DNA of 64,000 nucleotides. Origin: an uncultured Deinococcaceae bacterium (GTDB lineage: Bacteria > Deinococcota > Deinococci > Deinococcales > Deinococcaceae). The notes below the pieces were generated by a model. It was not told where the DNA came from and searched no databases. It saw only the letters and a list, made by a program, of their open reading frames with translations. Shown here piece by piece: positions 39,690 through 52,351 of this stretch (positions are counted from its first letter, which is position 1; every line of letters starts with the position of its first letter). The stretch lies in assembly GCA_964252075.1 (NCBI GenBank), contig CAXULY010000019.1, positions 1 through 64,000 on the forward strand, in the 5' to 3' direction. The position numbers and the translations under genes are program-made.

Positions 39690-40695
39690 ACCCACCCACG
39701 TGCTGGAGGTGCGCGACCTGAAAACGCACTTCAAGCTCGACGAGGGCATCCTCAAGGCCGTGGATGGCGTGAGCCTCAGCGTGGCGCCCGGTGAGACCCT
39801 CGCGGTGATTGGCGAGAGCGGCTGCGGGAAGAGCGTCATGGCCCGCTCCATCCTGCGGCTCGTCAAAAAACCCGGGTACGTCGCCGGGGGCAGCATCACC
39901 GTCCGCGCGCACGGAGAGGCGGTGGAGGTCGCGCACGTGCCGGTCGGCAGCGCGGTCCTGCGGCGCGTGCGCGGCGGCCTCGCCGCGATGGTCTTCCAGG
40001 AACCCATGACGAGCCTCTCCCCGGTGCACACCATCGGCGATCAGATCGCGGAGGTGGTCCGCGTGCACGGGCACGCGCGGCCAGAGGCAGCGGCGCGCGT
40101 GGCGCGCGACATGCTCAGTCGGGTCGGCATGCCCGACCCGGAGCGCCTGCTGCGCCTGTACCCGCACGAACTCTCCGGTGGGCTGAGGCAACGCGCCATG
40201 ATCGCCTTGGCCCTCGCGGGGCGTCCCGCGCTGCTCATCGCCGATGAACCCACCACCGCCCTCGACGTCACCGTACAATGGCAGATCCTGCGCCTCCTGA
40301 AGTCCCTCCAGGCGGAACTCGGCATGGCGATGCTGTACATCACGCACGACCTCGGCGTTGTCGCGCAGATCGCCGACCGCGTCGCCGTGATGTACCTCGG
40401 CCGCATCGTCGAGACCGGCAGCGTCCAAGATGTGTTCGAACGCCCCCTGCATCCCTACACGCGCGCCCTCATGGGCGCCATGCCCGGCCTGGGACGACGG
40501 GGCGAACGCCTGACCGCCATCCGCGGGCACGTGCCCGTTCCCATCGACCTGCCGCGCGAATGCCCGTTTCGCTCGCGCTGCGACCACGCCTTCGACGCGT
40601 GCGCCGCCTTGCCCGCCCTGCGCCACGTGCATGCCGAACACGCCGTCCGCTGCTTCCTGCACCACCGTCACACGGAAGGAGCGTCCCATGTTTGA
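39652..40695 (+). CDS. ABC ATPase (OppD-like)
   Basis: GESGCGKS, LSGGLRQR, IADEPTTALD, HPYT, C-terminal Cys motif. Confidence 0.93.
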   Translation: MDFVTQQTLTSSEPTHVLEVRDLKTHFKLDEGILKAVDGVSLSVAPGETLAVIGESGCGKSVMARSILRLVKKPGYVAGGSITVRAHGEAVEVAHVPVGSAVLRRVRGGLAAMVFQEPMTSLSPVHTIGDQIAEVVRVHGHARPEAAARVARDMLSRVGMPDPERLLRLYPHELSGGLRQRAMIALALAGRPALLIADEPTTALDVTVQWQILRLLKSLQAELGMAMLYITHDLGVVAQIADRVAVMYLGRIVETGSVQDVFERPLHPYTRALMGAMPGLGRRGERLTAIRGHVPVPIDLPRECPFRSRCDHAFDACAALPALRHVHAEHAVRCFLHHRHTEGASHV

Positions 40696-41740
40696 AGCGT
40701 CTCCGGAGCGGTCCGACGCCGGCGCATTCGACGGCTCGGCCCTGCTCACCGTGCGGCACCTCAAAAAGCACTACCCCGTCCAAGCAGGCGCGCTGCGCAG
40801 AACCGTGGGCGCCGTGAAAGCCGTCGACGACGTGAGTTTCACGCTGCGCACTGGAGAAACGCTGGGCCTGGTGGGCGAGTCCGGGTGCGGCAAAACCACC
40901 CTCGGCCGCACCATCTTGCGCGCGCTCGAACCCACCGGCGGGTCGATCGAACTGCGCCTTCCCACCGGGGAGGTCGTGGACCTCGCCCGGCTCGACGCGC
41001 GCGCCCTTCGCGCGGTGCGCCGTCACGCCCAAATGGTCTTCCAGGACCCGTACTCGTCGCTCAACCCACGCATGACCGTCCTCGACATTATCGCCGAGCC
41101 GCTCTTGTTGAGCGGCATGCGCCGCGGGCCCGCCCTGACGGGGCGCGTCAAAGACCTCATGCACCTCGTCGGTCTGGAACTCCGCCACCTGCATCGCTAC
41201 CCGCACGCCTTTTCCGGCGGGCAGCGTCAACGCATCGGCATCGCGCGGGCGCTCGCCACACGCCCGTCCCTCGTCGTCGCGGACGAGGCGGTGTCGGCCC
41301 TGGACATGAGCATCCAGGCGCAAATCCTGAACCTGCTGCAAGACCTCCAACGGGAATTCAACCTCGCGTACCTGTTCATCTCCCACGATCTGGGCGTCAT
41401 CGAGCACCTCGCCGACCACGTCGCGGTCATGTACGTCGGACAACTCGTCGAGCAGGCATCCACGGCGTCCCTCTTCGTCCGCCCGTTGCACCCGTACACC
41501 GCCGCCCTCCTCCAGTCCCGCCCCGTTCCGGACCCACGTCACCGCCTCGACACTCCACCCCTCCCGGGTGAAATCCCTGACCTCGCCCGGCTGCCGTCGG
41601 GCTGCCCCTTCCACCCGCGCTGCGCCTTCGCACAGGACCGCTGCCGCACCAGTAAGCCCCTGCTGCGCGAGGTGAAGCCGGGACACTTGGCGGCGTGCCA
41701 CTTCGCCGGAACCCTCCCGCTCGCCGCAGCCAGCGGCTGA
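40688..41740 (+). CDS. ABC ATPase (OppF-like)
   Basis: [33 protein letters not shown]. Confidence 0.93.
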   Translation: MFEASPERSDAGAFDGSALLTVRHLKKHYPVQAGALRRTVGAVKAVDDVSFTLRTGETLGLVGESGCGKTTLGRTILRALEPTGGSIELRLPTGEVVDLARLDARALRAVRRHAQMVFQDPYSSLNPRMTVLDIIAEPLLLSGMRRGPALTGRVKDLMHLVGLELRHLHRYPHAFSGGQRQRIGIARALATRPSLVVADEAVSALDMSIQAQILNLLQDLQREFNLAYLFISHDLGVIEHLADHVAVMYVGQLVEQASTASLFVRPLHPYTAALLQSRPVPDPRHRLDTPPLPGEIPDLARLPSGCPFHPRCAFAQDRCRTSKPLLREVKPGHLAACHFAGTLPLAAASG

Positions 41741-41964
41741 ATGCTCACCGTCCCGTGCATCGCGAGTCGCGCGAGCATCAGGCGCACCATCCCCGTAGAC
41801 CTGAGCGCCTCCCCGGTCTCGGGGAGGCGCTTGTCGTCTTTGGCTCGCCGCGATTTCTACTCGTCCAGGCGAACGTGCGTTCGGTGTCTCGTGCGTGATC
41901 GCGGCACGGTGCCCGGCGTCCCCATCACCACCGGCGTCCTGACGCCCACCGTGGGCGTGGGCGG

Positions 41965-43148
41965 TCAGTGAAACTCGTGGTTTGAGCGGCTGATGGGGTG
42001 GCGGTACCACGCGCGCAGTCCGTACGCCATGTTCACCAGGTGCAGCGCCACCAGGGACACCAGCACCGCCCACTCGCCCCGAGGAGGGGCGTGAGGAGCG
42101 CGAGCGCCGCCGTCACCAGCTTGAGCCCCGTGGACACGGCCGGCCGCACGAGCGGTGGGCGTTCCGGCTCCAGGGTGAGCTCAATCACCCCCATAAAGGC
42201 GTAACCCGCCGCGAAGCCCACCGCCAGCACCCACCCCAGGCCGCCGTGCAAGGTGCCGTCCCCCACGACGCCCGCGAGGGCGCCGCCAACCGCCGCGATG
42301 CCCATGACGAGCGGCAGGTGCAGGTACGACCAGGTGTACAGGGTCCAGGCGTTGCCGGGGCGCGGCCTGCGGCGCCCCACGAAATCGAAGTACACCCACC
42401 ACAGCCCGAAGCCCACCGCGAACCCCAGCACGAACCGCCACACGTTCACGGCGTTGAAGGTGTCCGCCCCCGCGAGGCCGTTCGCGACGCCCACCAGGCT
42501 CTCGCCCAGCACGATGATCACGAACAGGCCGTACCGCTCCGGCACCTTGCTGGCGGTGCCGCGAAAGAGCCGCGTCTGGGCGTCCAGCGTGAAGACCGGG
42601 GTGGTGAGGTCAATCAGGAGGCCCGCCGCGCGCATCACCACCGCCCAAGGCTCTGGCGCCCACACACTCAGCACCCACAGCAGCACGCTGACGCTGAAAC
42701 CGACCGTGTAGGGCGTGGTGACGGGCCGCACCTGCGGGATGTGCCGCCCCGCGCGCCACCACATGACGGTGATCAGCCCGCGCGCGCCCGCGTACCCGAG
42801 GGCGTACACATCCGCGCGGGCGTCGCCACTGCCGCCCACGCTGGCCGCCATGACGCCCACCGCCAGCATCTGCAGAAAGGTGAACGCGCGGTAACTCATG
42901 TCGTAGGTCTCAAAGCGCTCGCTGTACACCGTGCCGCCCACCCACACCCACCACGCGGGCACGAAGAACAGCACGAAATGCAAGGCGCTCTGGGGCGTCG
43001 GGTGCGCGCCGATCTCATGCGCGAGCTGCGACACCACCACCACGAACACCAGGTCGTAGAACAGCTCCAGCCAGCTGACGCGCCGCTCGCCCTCGCCGGG
43101 CGGGTGCAGGACAGGCACCTGCCACCACGCGCGGAACCTGGGCTGCAT
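41965..43148 (-). pseudogene. ltrA: Low temperature requirement protein A family membrane protein with a near-C-terminal frameshift
   Basis: RVSWLELFYDLVFVV, ERYGLFVIIVLGES, LWWVYF, YLHLPL; the last helix continues in another frame after a G-run near 42080; TAGTGT-N6-ATG. Confidence 0.8.
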
Positions 43149-44416
43149 GCGTCCACACTACACCGCCTCCACGTGCGGCCACACCGCCCGAATGGGGAGT
43201 GCGGAGGGTGCGCGCTCAGCCGCGCCGGGACCCACCCAGCCCGCGCACCTGCGCCCATCCGCTCCTCACGTGTCGCCGATCGAGACCGCTCCCGCCGTGA
43301 TCGCGGCGCGCGCCGTTGCCTGTGCGGCCCATGCGCCCAGGGTCCCGGCGCCAAGGCACCTCAGGTGTCACCTCACCCCTCACGTGGGCGCGCCCGTGTT
43401 CCTCACCGGGTCACGCGCGAGGTGTGCACCACATGCAGGTGAAGCGCAGCGGTGATCCAGCAGGCAATGGAGCGTCAGCTGCGGTCGGTTCCGACTGAAG
43501 TCAGGATTCAGACCACGCAAGTTGGCGGTGGGTGCCACCCCAGTGCTGAACGGTGACCTGAAGCGGGAGGTGACCGCAGGGAACCACCCCACCCATCGTC
43601 CAGAGTGGCCGTGCAGGCGGTTCAGATGTCTGCCGTTCCCAGCGGCGGCGCTGGACCATCGATCGCCCCCACGGAGCACCGCCCCGCGGTTCGGCGCCAC
43701 CGCTGGGGCGAACCGCACGAGCACGCCATTCACCGCATCCACGGTCTGAATGAACGGCTTGAGCGGATCCACCCGTCGGGTGCCGCCCGGGCCCGCCGAG
43801 CGAGGCCCTGAACGCCTGGTGGCGGCCTGGTCAAACGCAGGGTGAAGCAGCGCCAGCTCGCGCGCCGCGATCAAGGCCGCCGCGCCGGGAACCGTCACAG
43901 GGCGCCCATCTGGACAGGCCGCGATGCGTACCACGTCCGGCGCGGGCGCGCTGAGGGATGCCGTTCGGACCAGCGGCACGCCCGATGACGCCCACCACCT
44001 GTCCTTTGCGGGAGCGAAGCGGGGGCTGATCGGGTCCCGCAGTTGGAGAGCGGAGCTGGACGCGACGGTCGGGTCGAGCGTGCCGAACCCAGACGGCGCC
44101 ACACTGATCGACGCACCACGGGGCGGGGTTGACCCCAATGGCTGTCGATGGCCGTGGGGCCGTGCGGTCGAAGCGGCTGTGAACGCGGTCAAAGGGCGCG
44201 CCGCACGAGGGACGGGCCCGGTGCTGATCATCAGTGGGCCGGGAATTTGGGCGGGTTGCCGTGGAGGTCCGGAAACCCAACGGCGCGCGCGAGGGGTCGC
44301 TGGGGTGCCGGCGCAAGGGCCGGTGTGGTCCTGCCCCGAGGCGAGGCGGCGCCGCCTCGGGGCAGGACCAGGCGGTCGTCGCCGGTCCATCGCTGGATGA
44401 GCCGTACGCTGAGGGC

Positions 44417-45046
44417 ATGGGTGTGCTGCGCATTCAACAGACAGACCGCATGGACGTGCCGGCGATCCGCGCGAAGCTGCATCTGGACATTGCAGGAAGC
44501 GCGCTGGTCATGGGCAACGCGGCGACCGAGCGGGTCAGGGAAGTCCGAGAGGTTGCCCTGGGCCTTCAGGCCGCCGGGGTGCCTGCCGCGCAGATTGAAG
44601 TGCGCGGGGTGGAGATCAGCAACCGGGCGGGCCTGCTGGCCAAACAGCAGAAGGCGCGGTTTCTCGTGGTGGTGGAGGCGGAGCCTGCGCTCCTCCCGCA
44701 GGTCCTTGGGCTGCTGGCGGATCAGAAGCAGGTGAACCTGCAGCGCGTGGAGTGGGTCTTCGACGACTTCGAGGCGGGCCTGCGGCTGGCTCCACGGGCG
44801 ATGCTCAAGGCCCGGCAGCGGGCAGACGCCATCGCCGAGGCCGCAGGGCACCGGGTGGTGGGGGTGTTGAGCGCGTCCGACAGCTGGGACATGCCGGTGG
44901 GCGCGGTGCGTGTGCACGCGGACTGGATGGGGCAGGAGGTGCCGCGGGCGGAACGGAGTCGGTTGGCACCGTTGGACGCTGGTGTGGACTACAGCTCCAC
45001 GCGCGTCCTGACGGTTCAGCTCACCGTGGACTTTCAACTGGATTGA
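44417..45046 (+). CDS. SIMPL (DUF541)-like protein
   Basis: TACGCT-gagggc-ATG; AMLKARQRADAIAEAAG, terminal VQLTVDFQL strand. Confidence 0.72.
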   Translation: MGVLRIQQTDRMDVPAIRAKLHLDIAGSALVMGNAATERVREVREVALGLQAAGVPAAQIEVRGVEISNRAGLLAKQQKARFLVVVEAEPALLPQVLGLLADQKQVNLQRVEWVFDDFEAGLRLAPRAMLKARQRADAIAEAAGHRVVGVLSASDSWDMPVGAVRVHADWMGQEVPRAERSRLAPLDAGVDYSSTRVLTVQLTVDFQLD

Positions 45047-45303
45047 CGTCCCCGACCCAAGAGTGCCTGATGGCAGGCGACCGCGCATGTGATCCAGTGC
45101 TGCTGGGCAGCATCGGGGCTGGGGCCGCGGGTGAGGGGCTGTGGTCTGGACTCGGCAGAGGTCCCGATCTGGTGGCGGTGCACGGCGATGATCCGCCACG
45201 ACTTCTTCGTCTTCTCACACAGCGTGCGCCTGGCACGCACCGTTCCCGCCGAGCGCCCAGAAGGGACGGCTTCACCCTGCCCCCGCAGGGTGTCAGGGGC
45301 GGC

Positions 45304-45951
45304 ATGACCTCGTCTCACCGCTCGATCAGACGCGGCCCGGGCCCGCTGGGGTCGTCCGTCGGGGGCCGCCTGCCGAGCGCAACGACCTTCCTGGCCCGGC
45401 CACCCACGCCCCAGCGCTCACCGACCACCGCCCTGGGGCGCGCGCCGCAATCCGCACCCCACCAGCCGGGACCTCCGCAGGACGAGATGCGGGCGGTGCT
45501 CCAGTTGTTGGCGCCCCTCCCTGTGTGGGCCGCCGCCAGTGCCCTGCCCCCGCACCAGTACCGGGTGTGCGGGCGATCGGGCATGCCGGCGCAGCGCGTG
45601 CACGTCACTCTGCCGGACCTGACGGCCGCCCGGACCTTCGTGCGGGAACTCCCTGGTCACCTCGCGGCGCCGCCTGTGTACCGACTCGCGCTGCCCGAGC
45701 GGTGCAGCATCGAGTTCGTGTGCGGCTATCAGGACGCCCGCCGCGCCTGCCTGCCGCACGAAAGACGCTTCCAGGCGGCCTGCGACCTGGGCGCCGCGTC
45801 CTCGCCGTGCCCGTACCCGTCTGGAAGTGATGCCGCGAGGGCTTACCGGGACGGCGCGCGCGCCTACCTGGGCTTCGTCCTGACCTTCGCGGGGAACCTC
45901 ACCCCGCCGGAGGCCGCGCGGGGTGCGAGGAGCGGCAAGGAGCAGCCATGA
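45304..45951 (+). CDS. Hypothetical protein
   Basis: ATGA-coupled to the ParB-like gene; start uncertain. Confidence 0.55.
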   Translation: MTSSHRSIRRGPGPLGSSVGGRLPSATTFLARPPTPQRSPTTALGRAPQSAPHQPGPPQDEMRAVLQLLAPLPVWAAASALPPHQYRVCGRSGMPAQRVHVTLPDLTAARTFVRELPGHLAAPPVYRLALPERCSIEFVCGYQDARRACLPHERRFQAACDLGAASSPCPYPSGSDAARAYRDGARAYLGFVLTFAGNLTPPEAARGARSGKEQP

Positions 45952-46832
45952 CCCAGCCCAAGACCGACGTGCAGCCGACCCTGTTCAGCACCCCGCTGGA
46001 CACCGAAGTGCAGGTGGTGGACCTGCAGCGCATCCAGCCCGGCGTGGCGCGCACCGTCATCCCGAACATCCGCCTCATGGGCGTCCTGCAGCCGCTGCTG
46101 CTGCGCCGCACGCCGCACGGCCCGTACGAGTTTGAGGTGGTGGACGGCAACCGCCGCGACCACAGCGCCCGCACCTTCGGCCTCACCGAGGTGCCCGCCC
46201 TCATCACGGACGGTAGCGCCGCGCAGCTCGCCGCCGCCCGCGCGGTGCTGAACACCAGCCGCAGCCCGAACCCCGTGCAGGAGGCGCGCGCCTGGCACGC
46301 CGCCCTGCAGAGCGGCGTGTACCCTACGGTGGAGGCGATGGCGCGCGACCTGAGCGTGAAGGTGCAGACCGTCAAGCAGCGCCTGCGCCTGATGGCCCTC
46401 CCCGACGCGCTGCTGGACGGCATTCAGGAAGGGCACATCAGCGAGGGCGTCGCGGAAAAGATCGCGAACCTCGACCCCGCCTACCGCGACCGCGCCCTCA
46501 AACGCTACGCACAGCTGCGCGACGAGGACGAGCGCTTCACCGCAAACCACCTGAAGGAGGTGCGGGCGCGGCGGGAAGGCGACCTGACCCGTACCGTGCT
46601 GGGCAGCCTCACCAGCCTCCCCAGGCCCGTGCAGGCCACGCCGCTCTTGAGCATGGACCCGGTGGCGCGTCTTGCGCAGGACGTGCGGCGCCTCGCGCAG
46701 GAACGTGGCGTAGACCTTGAGGACCTCGCGCGCGCCCTGGGCCTCACCACCCACGGCCTGGCCCCGGACCCCGCCCCGGTGCCCATCACGGCTGCTCGTC
46801 CCAGCCTCAGCGCCCGGAGGAACCCTGCATGA
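45948..46832 (+). CDS. ParB/Spo0J-like protein
   Basis: GVLQPLLL, VVDGNRR, NPVQEARA, HTH (AMARDLSVKVQTVKQRLRL). Confidence 0.85.
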   Translation: MTQPKTDVQPTLFSTPLDTEVQVVDLQRIQPGVARTVIPNIRLMGVLQPLLLRRTPHGPYEFEVVDGNRRDHSARTFGLTEVPALITDGSAAQLAAARAVLNTSRSPNPVQEARAWHAALQSGVYPTVEAMARDLSVKVQTVKQRLRLMALPDALLDGIQEGHISEGVAEKIANLDPAYRDRALKRYAQLRDEDERFTANHLKEVRARREGDLTRTVLGSLTSLPRPVQATPLLSMDPVARLAQDVRRLAQERGVDLEDLARALGLTTHGLAPDPAPVPITAARPSLSARRNPA

Positions 46833-47551
46833 TCACCATCCTGAACCCTGGCCATCCTTTCGGTCATCTCGGCTTGCCTGCCCTGGGTGGGCGGCGCCTG
46901 TGGGGGCCCGGTCGCACCGCGGGCAGCCTCTATGTGGAGTGCGGCCTGAGCCTGGCCGGAGAGCCGATCGAGCAGTCCCTGCTGGATCCGCCCATACGGA
47001 TCGAACCGGACCAGCTGGGTCTCACCGCGCAGGGTGTGACAGTAATCACCGACGAGCATGGCGTCAAGCACATCGTCGATGTGGTGGGCGCCTCGATGTA
47101 TTCCTACCCGGGTGATTTTATCGAGGAGGCGCGCGTCATGGGCGTCTCCCGCAAAGTCCCCGTCACCACCCAACTCGACGGCCTCACCACCAACAGCAAA
47201 CTCTTCCTCGTGCACGCCCGAGCCTGTCTCGAGAACGTCCAGGACCTCGGCCCCACCTCCGCCGCGCGCTGCCCGAACGGCCAGCACCAGCCCAGCGAGG
47301 CCTGCTGCGCGCAGCACTGGATCACCCCCACCGTCACGCTCGCGCCGAACCAGCGCGTGACCGACACCGCCACCTACACGGTGTTCCCGCCCGACCCCAC
47401 GGCGCCCGCGCCGCACTTCTCGTACGCGCTGTTCGCGGCCTTCCCGATCACCGCGCTCACCATCATCCGAAATCACGACGGCCGCATGAACACCCGCGCC
47501 GAGGCGGCCGCCCGCAAGGCCAGCATTCCCGTCCACGTCGCGAACAGCTGA
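46829..47551 (+). CDS. Hypothetical protein with Cys/His cluster
   Basis: 240 aa; ATGA overlap; CPNGQH...CCAQHW. Confidence 0.72.
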   Translation: MITILNPGHPFGHLGLPALGGRRLWGPGRTAGSLYVECGLSLAGEPIEQSLLDPPIRIEPDQLGLTAQGVTVITDEHGVKHIVDVVGASMYSYPGDFIEEARVMGVSRKVPVTTQLDGLTTNSKLFLVHARACLENVQDLGPTSAARCPNGQHQPSEACCAQHWITPTVTLAPNQRVTDTATYTVFPPDPTAPAPHFSYALFAAFPITALTIIRNHDGRMNTRAEAAARKASIPVHVANS

Positions 47552-47560
47552 GGAACCGCG

Positions 47561-47710
47561 ATGAACCGCATCCAGATCACCCTCGACCTGCGCCGCGCCC
47601 GCATCACCCTCCCCGCCCGGGACGCCAGCGTGCCCGGCCTCGCCCTTCACGGGGAACGCGACGGTTCGACCGAGGGTCACGGTCATCGGACGCTGGACGG
47701 TCGAACCTGA
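47561..47710 (+). CDS. Small hypothetical protein or gene remnant
   Basis: GAGG RBS; MNRIQITLDLRRARITLP..., 49 aa. Confidence 0.4.
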   Translation: MNRIQITLDLRRARITLPARDASVPGLALHGERDGSTEGHGHRTLDGRT

Positions 47711-47774
47711 GCTTTCCCCGTTCGGTATTCGGCTTCACCTCACCCCGCGCGCGGGGTGAGGTGCGCGTCTGCAC

Positions 47775-49355
<1,581 letters not shown>

Positions 49356-50179
49356 GCATGAAGCTGAGGAAGGCGTGCAGCTGATCGGCGGCGTGGCGAC
49401 GGATGTCACGAGCAGAGCGCCGCGCAGCACGCTGTTGAAGTTGAAGGTCATGCCAAACTCCTGATTGCCACGTGGTGGTATCCCCGCTGGTGCTGTTCCA
49501 AGACGCGGACGGGGCGGGGGTGCTGCCGCTGCGGGCGGCGAGCAGGGCGGCCAGGCACAGCGCGGGCAGCAACACGGGCTTCTTCATGGGGTTCCTTTGC
49601 TTCGGGGGTGGGTGTTTGTGGCGCTCCGGGGTGGACCGCGGCCAACGGCAGGCGGATGGGCGCAACTGGACATTCTGGGAGCAGTGGACGCGGACAGCTT
49701 TGGACACCGGTTCGTTCAGTTGGCGCTGGGCGGTCTCGGCTGAACGGGATCAGCGGAGGAGGAGAGCGTGAGCAGCTGATAGACGCCCCGCAGACCACGC
49801 CCTGACTGTGCCGGTCCGCCTCCAGCGAGCGGGTCAGGAACCGCCGTGTGGGCGGTCCGGAGAACGGGCGCCCCGACCGATCCACAGGGTGGTGGGGTGA
49901 CGCCCCAGTGCGCCCTTTCAGGATTCGCCCAAGGGCGGCGCGTCCAGCAGCAGGAGGTGCTGACCACCGCTGGTTGTCATGGCGGTGAGTGTAGGGATCG
50001 AACCTGCGCACCGGGCAGTGTCAGCCCTGAATGCCTGCGCGTCGTGCTCTTCGCGCGCTCACCATGAAAAACCCGCGCCACACGCTGTGGCGCGGGGCAC
50101 AGCGTCGGTATGGATGGACGAAGGTGAAGGGCGCCCTTGGGATCAGGCTCCGAGCGGTGCCGTGTGCCAAGCTGGGCGC

Positions 50180-50824
50180 ATGGCCTTGACGTTCCAGGTG
50201 TTTCCAGGACGGTCAAAAGCGCCGTCGTTTGCCAACGTGATGCGCCTCGGGTCCCACAAGTTCCATCACTATTTGCACTCCATCGGCGTCCGGACCCGCT
50301 ATGACGTGGAGGTCCAGCTTCGCACGGTGGACTCACCGGACCCGTGTTCCCTCGACCTGTGCTCTCCGTTCGTGTGGACGCCCGACCAGTTCGTGTGGTT
50401 TGGCCTTGCGGGTGTGCCCGGTGGCACCGATGTCTGGTCCGGTCCACTCACCCGCCTGCCGATGGACCGAGGGGAACTCCCGGAGTGGTTGACGGATGCC
50501 ATCACCGATCCTGATGTGCTCAGCACGGCCCGCCATTGGGATCGCGACTGGCTGTTTCGCCGTTCTGCCGGTCAACCCGCCCTGGTCGTCGTGCTGTACG
50601 GCTTTCTCGCATCGGCGCTCGCCCAGTTGACCAACGGCCTGATCTACTCCGATGACGGCGCCTGGGACTTCGAGCGGTTCCCGGCGCGCTCCGTGGCCTT
50701 CGATGGTTGGTATCTCCGACCGGAACAGGCGTTGTCCGGCGACGCGTTTGGTTGGGGCTCTCAAATCCAGAGGGGTGTGTTGAGAGAAGATCGGGAGCAC
50801 GTTGCACTTCGCCATCGTCCGTGA
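50180..50824 (+). CDS. Hypothetical protein
   Basis: MALTFQVFP...LTNGLIYSDDGAWD; protein-like composition. Confidence 0.7.
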   Translation: MALTFQVFPGRSKAPSFANVMRLGSHKFHHYLHSIGVRTRYDVEVQLRTVDSPDPCSLDLCSPFVWTPDQFVWFGLAGVPGGTDVWSGPLTRLPMDRGELPEWLTDAITDPDVLSTARHWDRDWLFRRSAGQPALVVVLYGFLASALAQLTNGLIYSDDGAWDFERFPARSVAFDGWYLRPEQALSGDAFGWGSQIQRGVLREDREHVALRHRP

Positions 50825-51765
50825 TGGAAATGGGTGAACGTGCTCCCCGCTGCGCAAAGGTGTTGTATCGGCCACCGGCAGGCATCGAAGCCTACGCTCA
50901 ATCAGACCCCTTGCTGTGGGCCACCGTGCGGTGACGTGCGCTGCTCGCCCTGGCCGTCACGAGGCGGGCCGCAGCGGGCCCGGTCGTCGAAGCCACGTTC
51001 AGTGGCCCGCTCCGGCGTCGGTCGGGCCGGAAGTGGCCCGCCTGCCCGCTGACCCGCTGGTGGGGGTGCCCGTCTCTTCGGGGCCTGTCACGCCTGCTGC
51101 GCGGCGTTCGCCTGGGTGCGCACCCCAGCCTGAGTGACCCGAGCGTCGTCGCGGGTCGACGTCCACCCGGTCACGCCGGGCGGTGAGGTGTGGTCGAGCG
51201 GGCGGGACCCGAAGAGGACCCGCCCGCTGACCTGGTATTCAGTTGTGGTGGTGCTGGCAGGGCGTCACATGCTTGGAGCCTCCAGCGGGGCGTACCGTCC
51301 AGCCACGCAAAAACGCGCCCCGGCGGGCGCGCGATACATTTCTGAATGGTAAATTGAAAATGCCGCTTTGTGCCCGGATTTGTCAAGCCCCTGTCCTGCT
51401 GTCAACTCGCGCAAGCTAAGATCGCTTCGGTCTGTAGCCCCTTGAGTGCTCCGCTCAATACGTCAGGCGGCTTCTGGTTCCAACGTACCCACACGGTGAT
51501 GGCTGAGGCGGCGATCCTCCCGGAACCGGCCGTACATCTACGGAGACCGAGCCGTAGGGACCGTTCGACCTCGCTGCGCTGATCCCCAAGCTGCAGGCCC
51601 TGGCCGCAAACGCCATTGAAGAGGACGCGCGCTGGATGCCAGACGGACGCCAGGTGGACCGGCCTGCGCCGCTGCCCCTGATGCTGGTGGCGGGGCGGAT
51701 CGAGCAGGGTTGCCTGGCTTTGGTGCGCTTGATCCCCCTCGCTGATCCATGCGCTTCAATTGGAG

Positions 51766-52317
51766 CTAGTGCAGCTGGATCTGGCTGATGGCGTCCGTCC
51801 AGTTCTCGACGTGGTAGGCGCTTGACAGTTTGCCGTCCGTCACGGTGAACAGATCCAAAGACATCGTTCTGAACGCCTGGCCGGAGGGCGGCACGCCGAA
51901 CAGCGGGGCTACTGGGGTGCCGGTCGCTTCCCCCCGCACGATGATGTGGTCACCGGACGTCAGGATGTCCTTGATCGTCCAGTGCAGATCCGGAATGATG
52001 GCGCCGAAGGCCGTGAACTGCTCCGCCAGTTGGTCGCGGTTCAGGCACACCTGGTTGTTCGCGCAGGACCGGTAGTTGGCTGTGGTCGCCTGCCGCAGCA
52101 GGGCCGCCACGTCCTTCGTCGACGGCTCGTTGAGGGCGTCGTACAGCGGGGCGACGATGGCGCGCGCCTGGTCTGGGGTGAGGGGTGCGCCGCCCGCATG
52201 GGCCGCGCCACCGGCGGTGAGCACAACCGCCGCGGCCCACTGGGCGATGGACGCAGGATGCGGCGCGTGTGGTCGAATGGAGTTCACCGCGGGTTGGACC
52301 GACTTGTGGTGCTTCAT
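51766..52317 (-). CDS. SnoaL-like/NTF2-fold ester cyclase family protein
   Basis: IPDLHWTIKDIL..GDHIIVRGEATGTP, YHVENW. Confidence 0.85.
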   Translation of the reverse strand: MKHHKSVQPAVNSIRPHAPHPASIAQWAAAVVLTAGGAAHAGGAPLTPDQARAIVAPLYDALNEPSTKDVAALLRQATTANYRSCANNQVCLNRDQLAEQFTAFGAIIPDLHWTIKDILTSGDHIIVRGEATGTPVAPLFGVPPSGQAFRTMSLDLFTVTDGKLSSAYHVENWTDAISQIQLH

Positions 52318-52351
52318 GTGCCACTCCTTCTGCGTGTTGAGGTCGTGTGGA

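Noticed and set aside
43450..44230. Long minus-strand ORF between ltrA and the SIMPL gene
   Set aside because: Only patchy protein-like segments; cannot support a call.
51330..51430. AT-richer patch resembling an IS end or promoter (GGGGCTTGACAAATCC on the minus strand)
   Set aside because: No matching second end, target duplication or transposase found nearby.
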